From: Nitrospinales bacterium
Lineage (GTDB): Bacteria; Nitrospinota; Nitrospinia; Nitrospinales; VA-1
Assembly: GCA_965223795.1 (NCBI GenBank)
Contig: CBDCXL010000002.1
Coordinates: 3,072,001 to 3,136,000, forward strand
Length of the DNA stretch: 64,000 nt
Direction: 5' to 3'
The notes beneath the pieces were generated by a model. It saw only the letters and a program-made list of their open reading frames with translations, did no database searches and was not told where the DNA came from. The translations under genes and the position numbers were made by a program. The stretch's first letter is position 1. Every line of letters starts with the position of its first letter. Below are positions 49,661-64,000 of this stretch, in pieces.

Positions 49661-51628
49661 TTAAAACATCACGATGAGCAGGCAGACGAATCCGACCACG
49701 ATGAACAGGGCGTAGTTGCGCACGAAGCCGGACTGAAACACCTGCGCCCGTTCGGAAAACCAGCCGATGACCCTGGCGACGCCGTTGACCCCGCCGTCGA
49801 TGCCTTTGGCGTCGGCTTCGGTCCATAACAGTTTGGAGCCTTCGATCGTGGGCTGCACGATGGTTGCGTCGTACATTTCGTCCACGCCGTATTTATTCTT
49901 CACCAGCTCATAGCCCCACTGGCCTTTGGTGAGCCTGTCGGGCATGTCCGGTTTCTTGATGTAAAAAATGTAGGCCGCCGAGATGCCGGTGATGGCCACC
50001 ACCACGGAGAGCACCATCAGGCCGATTTCCGCCCAGACGTTGTGCGTCTTGGGTTCGAGGAAATGTTCCCAGTGCGGCGCGTGGCGTCCCATCTCGTGCA
50101 GCATGTGCTCGGAATGGTGGATCGCCGCGGCCAGATCGAAATGCAGCACCGGCTCCAGCCAGTTGTGCAGGATGTGCCAGCCGTGGATGAGCGGGATGCC
50201 CAGCAATCCGCCGAACACAGCCAGCCCGGCCAGAATGACCAGCGGCAGGGTCATGATCTTCGGCGATTCGTGCACGTGCACTTTGGGATCGACGCGCGAT
50301 TCACCGTGGAAGGTCATGAACACGAGCCGGAACATGTAAAACCCGGTCAGCAGGGCGGCGGAGATGCCCATGCCCCAAAAGATGACATTGCCATCCATCA
50401 GCGCGTGGTACAGAATTTCGTCCTTGCTGAAAAATCCCGAAAGGGGAGGCAGCCCCGCAATGGCCAGGGTCGATATGAGAAACGTGATGTAGGTGATGGG
50501 CATGTGGTCTTTCAAAGCGCCCATCTTGCGCATGTCCTGCTCGCCCTCCATGCCGTGGATCACGCTGCCGGAGCCCAGAAAGAGACAGGCCTTGAAGAAG
50601 GCGTGGGTGATCATGTGGAAGATCGCGGCGGTGTAGGCGCCGACGCCGCAGGCCAGGAACATGTAGCCGATCTGGCTGCAGGTGGAGTAGGCGAGCACGC
50701 GCTTGATGTCGTTCTGCGCCATGCCGATGGTGGCCGCCATGATGGCGGTGCTGCCGCCGATGAAGGCGACGACCATCATGATGTCCGGCGCCATGGTGAA
50801 CAGCGGGTTGCAGCGCACCACCATGAACACGCCGGCGGTGACCATGGTCGCGGCGTGGATCAGGGCGCTGACGGGCGTCGGGCCTTCCATCGCGTCGGGC
50901 AGCCAGGTGTACAGCGGGATCTGCGCCGATTTTCCGGTCGCGCCGATGAACAGCAGCATGCAGATGATGTTGACGGCCTCGCTGGAGAAGATCAGTTTTT
51001 CCGGCGCCTGGTGGAACACCGTGGTGTAGTCGATGGAGCCGAAGATGGAAAAAATGTACATGACCGCGAGCAGGAAGGCGAAGTCCCCCACGCGGTTGAC
51101 GATGAACGCCTTGGTGCCGGCGTCGCAGGCCGACTTTTTCTCGAAATAGTAGCCGATGAGGAAATAGGAGCAGCAGCCGACGCCTTCCCAGCCGATGAAC
51201 ATGATGAGGAAGTTGTTGCCCATGACGAGCAGCAGCATCGCGAACATGAACAGGTTGAGGTAGGCGAAGAAGCGGTAGAAGCTGTACTCATCGTGCATGT
51301 AGCCGATGGAGTAGACGTGGATGAGAAAGCCGACCCCGGTGACGAAGGTCATCATGGTGAGGGACAAGGGATCGATCTGGAAACCGAAATCGACCACGAA
51401 ATCCCCGGCGGCGATCCAGGTGAACAGGGACTGTTCGAACACGTGCTCGCCTTCGGGCAACAGGAAGTAGCCGATGAACACGACGAGCGTCGTGAGAAAC
51501 GACAACGCGACGGAACCGCAGGCGATGTATCCGACGAGGCGCTTTCCGATTTTGAGCCCGAAAAATCCGTTGATGATGGAACCGATCAACGGGTACAGGG
51601 GTATCAGCCAGGTGAGTTTCAGCAGCAT
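49661..51628 (-). CDS. nuoL: NADH-quinone oxidoreductase subunit L
   Basis: GWEGVG, GKSAQIPLYTWLPDAMEGPTPVSALIHAATMV, THAFFKA. Confidence 0.96.
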   Translation of the reverse strand: MLLKLTWLIPLYPLIGSIINGFFGLKIGKRLVGYIACGSVALSFLTTLVVFIGYFLLPEGEHVFEQSLFTWIAAGDFVVDFGFQIDPLSLTMMTFVTGVGFLIHVYSIGYMHDEYSFYRFFAYLNLFMFAMLLLVMGNNFLIMFIGWEGVGCCSYFLIGYYFEKKSACDAGTKAFIVNRVGDFAFLLAVMYIFSIFGSIDYTTVFHQAPEKLIFSSEAVNIICMLLFIGATGKSAQIPLYTWLPDAMEGPTPVSALIHAATMVTAGVFMVVRCNPLFTMAPDIMMVVAFIGGSTAIMAATIGMAQNDIKRVLAYSTCSQIGYMFLACGVGAYTAAIFHMITHAFFKACLFLGSGSVIHGMEGEQDMRKMGALKDHMPITYITFLISTLAIAGLPPLSGFFSKDEILYHALMDGNVIFWGMGISAALLTGFYMFRLVFMTFHGESRVDPKVHVHESPKIMTLPLVILAGLAVFGGLLGIPLIHGWHILHNWLEPVLHFDLAAAIHHSEHMLHEMGRHAPHWEHFLEPKTHNVWAEIGLMVLSVVVAITGISAAYIFYIKKPDMPDRLTKGQWGYELVKNKYGVDEMYDATIVQPTIEGSKLLWTEADAKGIDGGVNGVARVIGWFSERAQVFQSGFVRNYALFIVVGFVCLLIVMF

Positions 51629-51632
51629 GCGT

Positions 51633-51956
51633 CTACCATTTCATGATATTGAATTCGTCCAGATTGACGGTCGGTTTGTTGCGGAACATGGAGATGATGA
51701 TGGCGAGCCCGACCGATACCTCGGCGGCGGCGACACACATCACCATGAAGCTGAAAATCTGACCGTCGTGCGCGTGCAGATACTTGTCGAACGCGATCAA
51801 CGAAATATTGACGGCGTTCAGCATGATCTCGATCGACATGAAGACCACGATGGCGTTGCGGCGCACGAGCACCCCCACCACGCCGATGACGAACAGCGTC
51901 GCGCTCAGTATCAGGTAATGCGAGAGCGGGACCATCCCGCTCAAAAAATCGTCCAT
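51633..51956 (-). CDS. nuoK: NADH-quinone oxidoreductase subunit K
   Basis: RRN..., [17 protein letters not shown]. Confidence 0.95.
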   Translation of the reverse strand: MDDFLSGMVPLSHYLILSATLFVIGVVGVLVRRNAIVVFMSIEIMLNAVNISLIAFDKYLHAHDGQIFSFMVMCVAAAEVSVGLAIIISMFRNKPTVNLDEFNIMKW

Positions 51957-51959
51957 GGT

Positions 51960-52466
51960 TCAGTCCAGTTTGGTTTTTGCCAAAACCACCGCGCCCACCA
52001 TCGCCACCAGAAGCAGTATGGAAGCCACCTCGAACGGCAGCACGAAATCGGTGAACAGGGTTTCGCCCACGGCAGCCGCGGTCCCGAAGGTGTCCGGCGG
52101 CGGCTTGGGATCCACGAACTCGTTGTCGGTGATGACGTCGATGCCCTTGTACAACCCGCCCACGGCGAGGATGGAAGCGAGCACCGTCAGCAGGGTGTTT
52201 CTGTCGCGCGCTTTCCACTCGCCGCCGTCGCCCTTGAGGTTCAAAAGCATGATGACGAACATGAAAAGCACCATGATCGCCCCGGCGTAGATGATGACCT
52301 GCAGGATGGCGATGAAATGCGCGTGCTGAATGACGAAGATCCCCGCCAGCGTCAGCATCATCCCGATCAGGGAGATGGCCGAGCCGATGGGGCTCTTGTT
52401 GATCACCACGGCGATGGCGAAGCCAACGCACACGATGGCCATCGGATAGAAAATCAGTAGTTCCAT
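51960..52466 (-). CDS. nuoJ: NADH-quinone oxidoreductase subunit J
   Basis: QVIIYAGAIMVLFMFVIMLL, PFEVASILLL. Confidence 0.95.
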   Translation of the reverse strand: MELLIFYPMAIVCVGFAIAVVINKSPIGSAISLIGMMLTLAGIFVIQHAHFIAILQVIIYAGAIMVLFMFVIMLLNLKGDGGEWKARDRNTLLTVLASILAVGGLYKGIDVITDNEFVDPKPPPDTFGTAAAVGETLFTDFVLPFEVASILLLVAMVGAVVLAKTKLD

Positions 52467-53023
52467 TTGGCGTACATCTTGCGGGTGAATTCGATCCGGT
52501 CCTTCAACTCGGAAACCGGGGTCAACAGCTGCTCCATGTTGTACAGCATCTTTTTCCGGTCCAGCATGGAGATCTCACAGTCGTCGCTCATGAAGATGGC
52601 CTCTTCCGGGCAGGCTTCCTCGCAGTTGCCGCAGAAGATGCAGACCGCATAATCGATGGTGAATTCCTTGGGCCAGCGCTCGACTTCGTTCTGCTTGCCG
52701 CTGTTTTCCGCGGGCTCGATGTCGATGCAGTAGGCCGGACAGGCGATCTCGCACAACCCGCAGGCCACGCAGTAGGGCGTGCCGTCCTCTTTCATGGAAA
52801 GCACGGGCCGTCCGCGGTAAGCGACGGGGTATTCGACGGTCTGTTCGGGATAATAAACGGTGAAGATCTCGCGTTCCTTCTTCCTGCCCAGGAAGAAAGG
52901 AATGAAACCCAGCATATTCAAAAAAAAGTGGCGGGACGTGATAAAGAGCCCACGGATGATTTCCGGGATATAGGATCGCTCCCACCATGTCATCTTGACA
53001 TTGCGGTTCACGTAATAGGCCAT
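52454..53023 (-). CDS. nuoI: NADH-quinone oxidoreductase subunit I
   Basis: CVACGLCEIACP and CIFCGNCEEACP. Confidence 0.95.
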   Translation of the reverse strand: MAYYVNRNVKMTWWERSYIPEIIRGLFITSRHFFLNMLGFIPFFLGRKKEREIFTVYYPEQTVEYPVAYRGRPVLSMKEDGTPYCVACGLCEIACPAYCIDIEPAENSGKQNEVERWPKEFTIDYAVCIFCGNCEEACPEEAIFMSDDCEISMLDRKKMLYNMEQLLTPVSELKDRIEFTRKMYAKWNY

Positions 53024-53038
53024 GGCTGATTCCTTTGA

Positions 53039-54112
53039 TTATTGAAACGCCATAATGATCACCCCGGTCACCAGGATGTTGATCAGCGACAGGGGCAACA
53101 GTATTTTCCACCCGAGCTTCATGATCTGATCGTAACGAAACCGGGGCAGGGTCCAGCGTATGGTCATCTGCAGCCAGATGAAGATGATGACCTTGGTGAA
53201 GAACACGCCCACGTGAATGAGCATGACGATGATATTCGCGGCGGTGTCGCCGAACCATTCAAATAAAGACAACAGCGTGGCGGTGGTGACGAACGGGATG
53301 TGCCACGCGCCGAAGAACAAAAGGGTGACGATCGCGGCGATGGTGACCATCTCGATGAATTCGGCCATGAAGAACATGCCGAATTTGAGGCCGCTGTATT
53401 CTGTGAAATAGCCGGCCACCAGCTCGGACTCGGCTTCCGGGTTGTCGAAGGGGATGCGCTTGTTCTCGGCGATGGATGCGGTCAGGAACATGAAGAAACC
53501 GAGCGGCTGAAGGAACACGCCCCACCATCCGGTCTCCTGCATGGCGCCGATCTCGGTCAGCTTCATGGTGCCGAACACCATGAGCACGCCGATGATGGTG
53601 AGCCCCATCGTGACTTCATAGGAGATCATCTGCGAAGCGGTGCGCATGGAGCCTAAAAGCGACCAGTTGTTGTTGGAACTCCAGCCGGCGATGACGTATC
53701 CGTAGGTGGCGATCGAGGCGATGGCGAACACGAACAGCAGGCCCACGTCGAGATCGGAAATCACCAGGTTGACTTCTTTGCCCCAGAGCGTGTACTGGCC
53801 GCCGAACGGCACGACCGCGAAGGTGACGATGGCCGGGATGAGGGCGACGATCGGGCTCAGCGTGTGGAGCACTTTGTTGGCGCCTTCGGGGATGAAGTCC
53901 TCTTTGGTGAACATCTTCAAGGCATCGGCGACGGCGTGGAACAGGCCGATCACCGTGAAGCCCAGGATGTCGGCACGGTTTGCGCCGATGCGGTCCTGCA
54001 TGACAGCGCTCTGCTTGCGCTCCACCCAGGTAAGGATAGGCGCAAAAAACCCGACGGTGATGCCGAGTATGAACAGAATCTTTGCGAGTGTGATGAGTAA
54101 ATCGACAAACAT
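53039..54112 (-). CDS. nuoH: NADH-quinone oxidoreductase subunit H
   Basis: ERK..Q.R.G.N, QMISYE, PFDNPEAESELVAG, RFRYDQ. Confidence 0.96.
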   Translation of the reverse strand: MFVDLLITLAKILFILGITVGFFAPILTWVERKQSAVMQDRIGANRADILGFTVIGLFHAVADALKMFTKEDFIPEGANKVLHTLSPIVALIPAIVTFAVVPFGGQYTLWGKEVNLVISDLDVGLLFVFAIASIATYGYVIAGWSSNNNWSLLGSMRTASQMISYEVTMGLTIIGVLMVFGTMKLTEIGAMQETGWWGVFLQPLGFFMFLTASIAENKRIPFDNPEAESELVAGYFTEYSGLKFGMFFMAEFIEMVTIAAIVTLLFFGAWHIPFVTTATLLSLFEWFGDTAANIIVMLIHVGVFFTKVIIFIWLQMTIRWTLPRFRYDQIMKLGWKILLPLSLINILVTGVIIMAFQ

Positions 54113-54117
54113 ACCGG

Positions 54118-54603
54118 TCAGTTCATGGGCCCAATCAATGGCTGCCTTTTGTTCACTGGATAATCCTTACGCAGGGGGTGTCCCTTGAATTCCTCGTACA
54201 AAAGGATGCGCCTGAGGTTGGGATGGCCCCGGAATTTGATACCGTACAGGTCCCAGACTTCCCGCTCGTACCAGTCGGCGGTTTTCCACAGGGGCGTGAC
54301 GGATTCGACGATGCAATCCTTTTCGTCCACGGGGATTTTAACCCTCAGCCGGTGATTGTGTTTTGTCGAGTAGAAGTGGTAGACGACTTCGAAGCGGAGG
54401 TCTTTTTTCTTGTGGTAATCGACGGCGGTCAGGTCCATCAGAAAATCCAGCGACAGCTCGGGATCGTCCAGAAGAAACTTGAAAAACCCGATGCCGCATT
54501 CCTTGCGGACGGTGACGGTCTGATCGCCGCGGAAATTGTGCGAATCGACCACCATGTCCCCTTGTTCGGACTTGACTCTGTCGATCAGGTTGGTGTCGCC
54601 CAT
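54118..54603 (-). CDS. nuoC: NADH-quinone oxidoreductase subunit C
   Basis: DLTAVD, RFEVVYH, WYEREVWDLYGI.F.GHP, GHPLRKDYP. Confidence 0.95.
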   Translation of the reverse strand: MGDTNLIDRVKSEQGDMVVDSHNFRGDQTVTVRKECGIGFFKFLLDDPELSLDFLMDLTAVDYHKKKDLRFEVVYHFYSTKHNHRLRVKIPVDEKDCIVESVTPLWKTADWYEREVWDLYGIKFRGHPNLRRILLYEEFKGHPLRKDYPVNKRQPLIGPMN

Positions 54604-54625
54604 GGAGGCTTTATCCTATCGCTTG

Positions 54626-54982
54626 TCATTCCCAGTCCAGGCCGCCGCGTCTCCAGACATAAAGCAGACCGACACCCAGGATGAGGATGAAGAGAAACAT
54701 CTCGATGAAGCCGAACATGCCCAGGCGCTTGAACAGAATGGCCCAGGGGAAGAAGAACACGGCTTCGATGTCGAACAGCACAAACAGCACCGCCACCAGG
54801 TAGAACTTGACGGAAAACCGCTGACGGGGTGAGACGAGCGGGCTTTCCCCGCACTCGAACGGCTCCATTTTATCCGCGAAATGCCGCTTGGGGCCCAGTA
54901 TCGAGGTCATGAACACCATGCCGCAGGCGATGCCGATGGCCATCAGGAGCATCAGAACAACGCCTATGTATTCTTCTAACAC
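54626..54982 (-). CDS. nuoA: NADH-quinone oxidoreductase subunit A
   Basis: PFECG, FYLVAVLFVLFDIE, PWA, GGLDW. Confidence 0.95.
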   Translation of the reverse strand: MLEEYIGVVLMLLMAIGIACGMVFMTSILGPKRHFADKMEPFECGESPLVSPRQRFSVKFYLVAVLFVLFDIEAVFFFPWAILFKRLGMFGFIEMFLFILILGVGLLYVWRRGGLDWE

Positions 54983-55393
54983 GATCTGCCCCCTTATGCT
55001 CGAACCGTCTTGTGGATGGTTTGCGGATGCTGATCTTGAGAATGGGGCCGGGGAATCCGGGAATTTACGCCGCCGGGAGGGCCCAAGCCCTTGTTTTCCC
55101 CAGTCAGAGATACTGGAAATCCGTTGAGAATCGCCTAAAAACCTTTATAAACAGAGGGGGGATAGTACTCTACCGCCGCACTTTTTGTCAATCAAAAAGC
55201 GTTTGAAAACGTATCATTTCATCCATTTGTAACGAAAAGGATTGCCTTATCAGGCGTGGATTCCAGCGCAGTATCGGCACGGCAATTTTCAGGTGGAAAC
55301 GGTTCGATTTGGCGGCAGACGGGGAAGGGGAGGGGGACGGTTTCGAGCTTTCGGGTTCGATTCCGTTTGCCGACTTTTATTCTGGATCCAGGC

Positions 55394-55425
55394 AAAAAAA
55401 TAACCCGCCTTGCGGCGGGTTATTT
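55394..55425 (-). terminator. rRNA operon terminator
   Basis: AAATAACCCGCC-GCAA-GGCGGGTTATTTTTTT on the minus strand. Confidence 0.85.
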
Positions 55426-55432
55426 ATAAAAA

Positions 55433-55549
<117 letters not shown>

Positions 55550-55658
55550 AAATTTTCTTTAAAGAGCTTTTGACGATTCGGTTGCGATTAAATAGAAGGG
55601 CAGGACCGAACCGTAAATTAACTTAACAATTGAATTCGTTCGAAGCAGAGAGAAAATA

Positions 55659-58688
<3,030 letters not shown>

Positions 58689-58792
58689 TAAATTTCTCAG
58701 CTACTTCAAACGATATTCAATTGTCAAAGAACAGTTGCCCCGTTGGGCATGTCCGTATTCGATTCCAAGTTGGTCTTTCAGAGCAGAGGGAA

Positions 58793-58865
58793 TGGAGGTG
58801 AACGGGCTCGAACCGATGACCTCCTGCGTGCAAGGCAGGCGCTCTCCCAGCTGAGCTACACCCCC
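58793..58865 (-). tRNA. tRNA-Ala(TGC), CCA not encoded
   Basis: GGGGGTGTAGCTCAGCTGGGAGAGCGCCTGCCTTGCACGCAGGAGGTCATCGGTTCGAGCCCGTTCACCTCCA. Confidence 0.95.
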
Positions 58866-58896
58866 GTTTCTCGACTGCTGATTCCCGCTCTGAAAA

Positions 58897-58973
<77 letters not shown>

Positions 58974-59093
58974 AAATCTATGTGCTGAAAGCCCATCGAC
59001 TCTTTGGATTTCGAAAAAAAAGAGAGGAATAGGTGCCACAGAAGCTGCGGGTATCGATCTTGAGTTTCCTGCACCGCTTGCGCGGATTCAGAA

Positions 59094-60622
<1,529 letters not shown>

Positions 60623-60728
60623 GAAAAAACAGAAAGTTGTTACCTGTAAAAATTATGACTCATGGACCCGCAACGTCTAATGACACCTATTCACTTTTCA
60701 AAGAGCTTTTGTTTCAAACAAGCGTGCT

Positions 60729-60931
60729 AATTTAAACTTTTTTGATTCAAAGTCAATCAAAAAAAAACAAACTCTGAATCAAAAAAAGCGTTCCTCATAA
60801 AAAAAACCTTTTTGTGAAAGCGGCTGCAACAAAACCCAGAATCTCCGCTTTCAAATAAAGGTTTTTTTAATCTAAATCAGCGGGGTCGCTTGTGCAGGTC
60901 CTAATATAGTTTTTCGGAGAAACAATATCAA
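60729..60931 (-). promoter_or_regulatory. Tandem sigma70-type rRNA promoters (P1/P2-like)
   Basis: TTGATA-17-TATATT (60931-60903) and TTGACT-16-TAAATT (60756-60729); boxA-like GCTCTTTGAAAA near 60700. Confidence 0.6.
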
Positions 60932-61262
60932 GTGCTTTTTTGTTTTTTTTCATCTTTTCCTCATCGTTTCCTAAGGCAAAGGCGTTCCGTTTTCCCCTTG
61001 AATTGCAAAAGGATATTTCCTTCGCAGTGGGCAGTGGCTGCTTGCTCTTCAATAAGTTATTGAAAATTTATGTCTTAAGCCAAGCTCGCCGCTGGCGCCT
61101 GAGGCGGGATTGTTTTCTGTTGCCTCGCCTTTTGAGGATAAAAAAAGTGCGGGAGCGATCGTCCGAAATTATTTTTTTCCCGTTTTCGGTATGGGATGGG
61201 TTGAGTCTGCCTGCATCGGATGGGCGAACTTTTGCGGAACGGCGGCGGGAAAGGGGCGGTTT

Positions 61263-63014
61263 TCAGGCTTCGATTTTTCCGGACCCGTCTTCTAACAGCA
61301 GGTTTTTGAGCGTGTAGAGCTTGTGGTAGAGGCCTTGTTTTTCCATGAGTTGGGCGTGGTTGCCGGTTTCTACGATGCGGCCTTTGTCGAGCACGATGAT
61401 CTTGTCGGCGTTGTGGATGGTGGAGAGCCGGTGCGCGATGACGAAGGCGGTGCGGCCCTGCATCAGCCGTTCCAACGCCTCCTGGATCAGCACTTCGGAC
61501 TCGTTGTCGAGGGCGGAGGTGGCTTCATCGAGGATCAAAAGGCGCGGGTTTTTCAGGATCGCCCGCGCGATGGCGATGCGCTGGCGCTGGCCCGCCGACA
61601 GGCGGATGCCTTTCTCGCCGACGATCGTATCGTAGCCTTCCGGCGTTTCCATGATGAAGTTGTGCGCGTTGGCGGCCTTGGCGGCTTCGATCATTGCTTC
61701 TTCAGTTGTGCCCGATTTGGCGTATTGAATGTTTTCGCGGATGCTGCCGCCGAACAGCAGAGTCTCCTGCGGCACCAGGCCGATCTGGCTCCAGTAACTT
61801 TTGAGTTGCACGTCGCGCAGGTCCATCCCGTCCACACGGATGGCGCCGCGCACCGGGTCGTAGAAGCGGTGCAGAAGCTGGATGAGCGTGCTTTTGCCGG
61901 CGCCGCTGGGGCCGACCAGGGCCACCAGCTCGCCGGGCTCGACGGTGAACTGGATGCCCTTCAACACCTCCTGATCTTCCCGGTAATGGAAATGCAGGTC
62001 CTCGCACTCGACCCGGCCTTTAATGGGCGGAATCGGTTTTGCGCCCGAACGGTCTTGTATTTCCGGATGGGTGTCGAGCAGGTCGAAGATGCGCTGGCTC
62101 GCGCCCAGTCCCTCCTGCAGCCGGGTGAACATGCGCGCGAAGCTGCCCATGGGGCCGGCGATGATGGTGGCGTACAGGATGAAGGCGACGAGCTCGCCGG
62201 GGCTGATGTTTCCCAGGATGATCTCGCGGCCGCCGTACCACAGCAGGATGAGCCCGGTGATGAAGGCGATGAAGCCGATGGTGGGGCCGAAAAACGAGGC
62301 GATGAGGATGCGCTTTTTGGCGGAGCGGAAGCTGTCCTCGACGGCTTCGGAAAAACGGTCGGTTTCCAGTTTTTCGCGCACGAAGGTCTTGACGATCTGG
62401 ATGCCGGAGATGTTTTCCTCCAGCACGGTGGTTGAGGTGGCGAGCTTGTCCTGGATTTCGGTCGAGAGCCGTTTGAGTTTTTTGCCGAAGGTGCGGGCGA
62501 ACAGCACCAGGATGGGCGCGAGGACGAGGATCAGAAACGTGAGCCGCCAGTTCATGTAGACGACGATGAGGACGCCGCCGAACAGCCTGATCGACTGCTG
62601 CAGCGCGGTGGCAGGCAGGTCGGTCACGATGCCCTCGATGGTGGTGATGTCGTTGGTCATGCGCGACATGATCTCGCCGGTGCGGCGCTTGGCGAAAAAG
62701 CCGAGCGAGAGGGTTTGCAGGTGCGCGAACACGCGTTTGCGAAAATCGGTGACGATCCTTTTTTCGGTGATGTCGAAGAGGTAGTTGTTGCCGGTGGAGA
62801 AGACGAGCTGCAACAGAAACAGGACGGCGATGGCGCCGGCGATGCCGTTCAGCTTGTCGAGGTTCTTCTCGACCATCACCACATCGAACAGGTCTTTGAT
62901 GAACAGCGGCACGGCGAGGTTGGTCGCCGAAGCGCCGATCAGAAGGACGCTGCCGAAAATCAGGGCGGTTTTGTAAGGCAGAAGCAGCCGGAAGAGGCGT
63001 TTGTATTTTTCCAT
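61263..63014 (-). CDS. ABC exporter, fused permease/ATPase (MsbA-like)
   Basis: TM domain plus GPSGAGKS, LSAGQRQR, LILDEATSALD, IAHRLST. Confidence 0.92.
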   Translation of the reverse strand: MEKYKRLFRLLLPYKTALIFGSVLLIGASATNLAVPLFIKDLFDVVMVEKNLDKLNGIAGAIAVLFLLQLVFSTGNNYLFDITEKRIVTDFRKRVFAHLQTLSLGFFAKRRTGEIMSRMTNDITTIEGIVTDLPATALQQSIRLFGGVLIVVYMNWRLTFLILVLAPILVLFARTFGKKLKRLSTEIQDKLATSTTVLEENISGIQIVKTFVREKLETDRFSEAVEDSFRSAKKRILIASFFGPTIGFIAFITGLILLWYGGREIILGNISPGELVAFILYATIIAGPMGSFARMFTRLQEGLGASQRIFDLLDTHPEIQDRSGAKPIPPIKGRVECEDLHFHYREDQEVLKGIQFTVEPGELVALVGPSGAGKSTLIQLLHRFYDPVRGAIRVDGMDLRDVQLKSYWSQIGLVPQETLLFGGSIRENIQYAKSGTTEEAMIEAAKAANAHNFIMETPEGYDTIVGEKGIRLSAGQRQRIAIARAILKNPRLLILDEATSALDNESEVLIQEALERLMQGRTAFVIAHRLSTIHNADKIIVLDKGRIVETGNHAQLMEKQGLYHKLYTLKNLLLEDGSGKIEA

Positions 63015-63239
63015 GGATCGGGAGCGGTTGAAAAGATCCCATTATTTCCGATCCGGACCGGTGAACACAAGGGATTTCCCATCTACAAGCCGGGAGGGTA
63101 CAATGAGGCCCGCTCGCGCACGGATAACGGGATGCGGAACCCGGTGTTCGCATAGGCGGGTGGCGGAGAAGGACGGATATTGGCCTGAAGGGGCAATAAG
63201 TGGGATTGGGTTTAGTGGGCTTTAACTAGGTTTATTGCT

Positions 63240-63319
63240 GTCATGCTCAGTACTTCGACAGGCTCAGTACAGGCTCTGTCGAAGCATGATCGCGCACCCT
63301 TCGACAAGCTCAGGGTGAC
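63240..63319. repeat. Second copy of the REP-like palindrome found at 39135-39190
   Basis: CACCCTTCGACAAGCTCAGGGTGAC is the exact reverse complement of 39135-39159. Confidence 0.75.
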
Positions 63320-63375
63320 GTTCTAAAAACAGATTTCTTGTTCGTTTGAATTGCGTAAAGGCCCCAAGGAGAGAA

Positions 63376-64000
63376 ATGATCTGGAAGAAACTCGCGGTCC
63401 TGTTTGAGGACATCAAGCTCGCGCACACGGTGTTCGCGCTGCCGTTCGCGTTCATGAGCGCGTTTCTGGCGGCGGGGGGGCTGCCGGAGGCGGAGAAGAT
63501 CCTGTGGATCGTGGTGGCCATGTTCGGCGCGCGCAGCGCGGCGATGGCGTTCAACCGGATCGCGGACGCGAAGATCGACGCGCAAAATCCCCGGACGCAG
63601 GGCAGGGCGCTGCCCTCGGGCCGGATCGGAGTCAAAACCTACTGGGTGTTTCTCATCGTGTGCTCGGCCTTGTTCGTGTTCGCGGCGGCCATGCTCAACA
63701 CGCTGGCGCTGATCCTTTCGCCGGTGGCGCTGGCGATCGTGTTTTTTTATTCCTTCACCAAACGCTTCACGGCGTACTCGCATTTTTTCCTCGGGCTGGC
63801 GATTGCCATCGCGCCGGTGGGGGCGTGGGTGGCGATCCGCGAGGAGATCTCGCTGACGTCCCTCATCCTCGGGACGGCGGTGCTGTTCTGGCTGGTCGGC
63901 TTCGACATCTTGTACGCCTGCCTCGATGTGGAGTCGGACACAAAGAACCGGCTGTTTTCCATCCCGCAGAAATTCGGCGTGAAAAAAGCGCTGCTGTTTG
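63376..64000 (+). CDS. UbiA-family prenyltransferase (MqnP-like), partial
   Basis: Manual translation MIWKKLAVLFEDIKLAHTVFALPFA...GARSAAMAFNRIADAKIDAQNPRT..RALPSG...YSFTKRF...GFDILYAC. Confidence 0.88.
   Translation, partial: MIWKKLAVLFEDIKLAHTVFALPFAFMSAFLAAGGLPEAEKILWIVVAMFGARSAAMAFNRIADAKIDAQNPRTQGRALPSGRIGVKTYWVFLIVCSALFVFAAAMLNTLALILSPVALAIVFFYSFTKRFTAYSHFFLGLAIAIAPVGAWVAIREEISLTSLILGTAVLFWLVGFDILYACLDVESDTKNRLFSIPQKFGVKKALLF

Noticed and set aside
58793..58865. tRNA-Ala lacking encoded CCA as a pseudogene
   Set aside because: The cloverleaf is intact, and CCA is commonly added post-transcriptionally

Overview
Chromosomal window from a GC-rich bacterium, most likely Nitrospinota (Nitrospina-like nitrite oxidiser). 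The 16S gene differs by one base from the Nitrospina probe Ntspn693 as I recall it, and the gene content fits. Most of the window is housekeeping: T2SS gspE/gspC-like genes, a heme-biosynthesis radical SAM enzyme, tsaB, rnd, mutL, panBCD, galT-glgA plus a two-component pair, coaBC, copA, apbE, a ClC transporter, rpe, tatA, a complex I operon, a full rRNA operon with tRNA-Ile/Ala, an MsbA-like ABC exporter and a UbiA/MqnP prenyltransferase. The standout is a lower-GC block (about 25.9-34.2 kb) encoding a curli-type functional-amyloid (type VIII secretion) system. It has a divergent PAS-LuxR regulator, an AT-rich control region with a perfect CRP-type box, two very large curlin-repeat proteins of opposite chemistry, csgE, csgF, csgG with a C-terminal extension, and an unknown lipoprotein. 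Other signals: a pan-motif-like RNA plus terminator before panB, a nuo operon lacking B/D/E/F/G, a MITE/REP-like element with a second copy, and a candidate arrest-peptide ORF next to copA. All calls come from reading motifs by eye; no searches were run.
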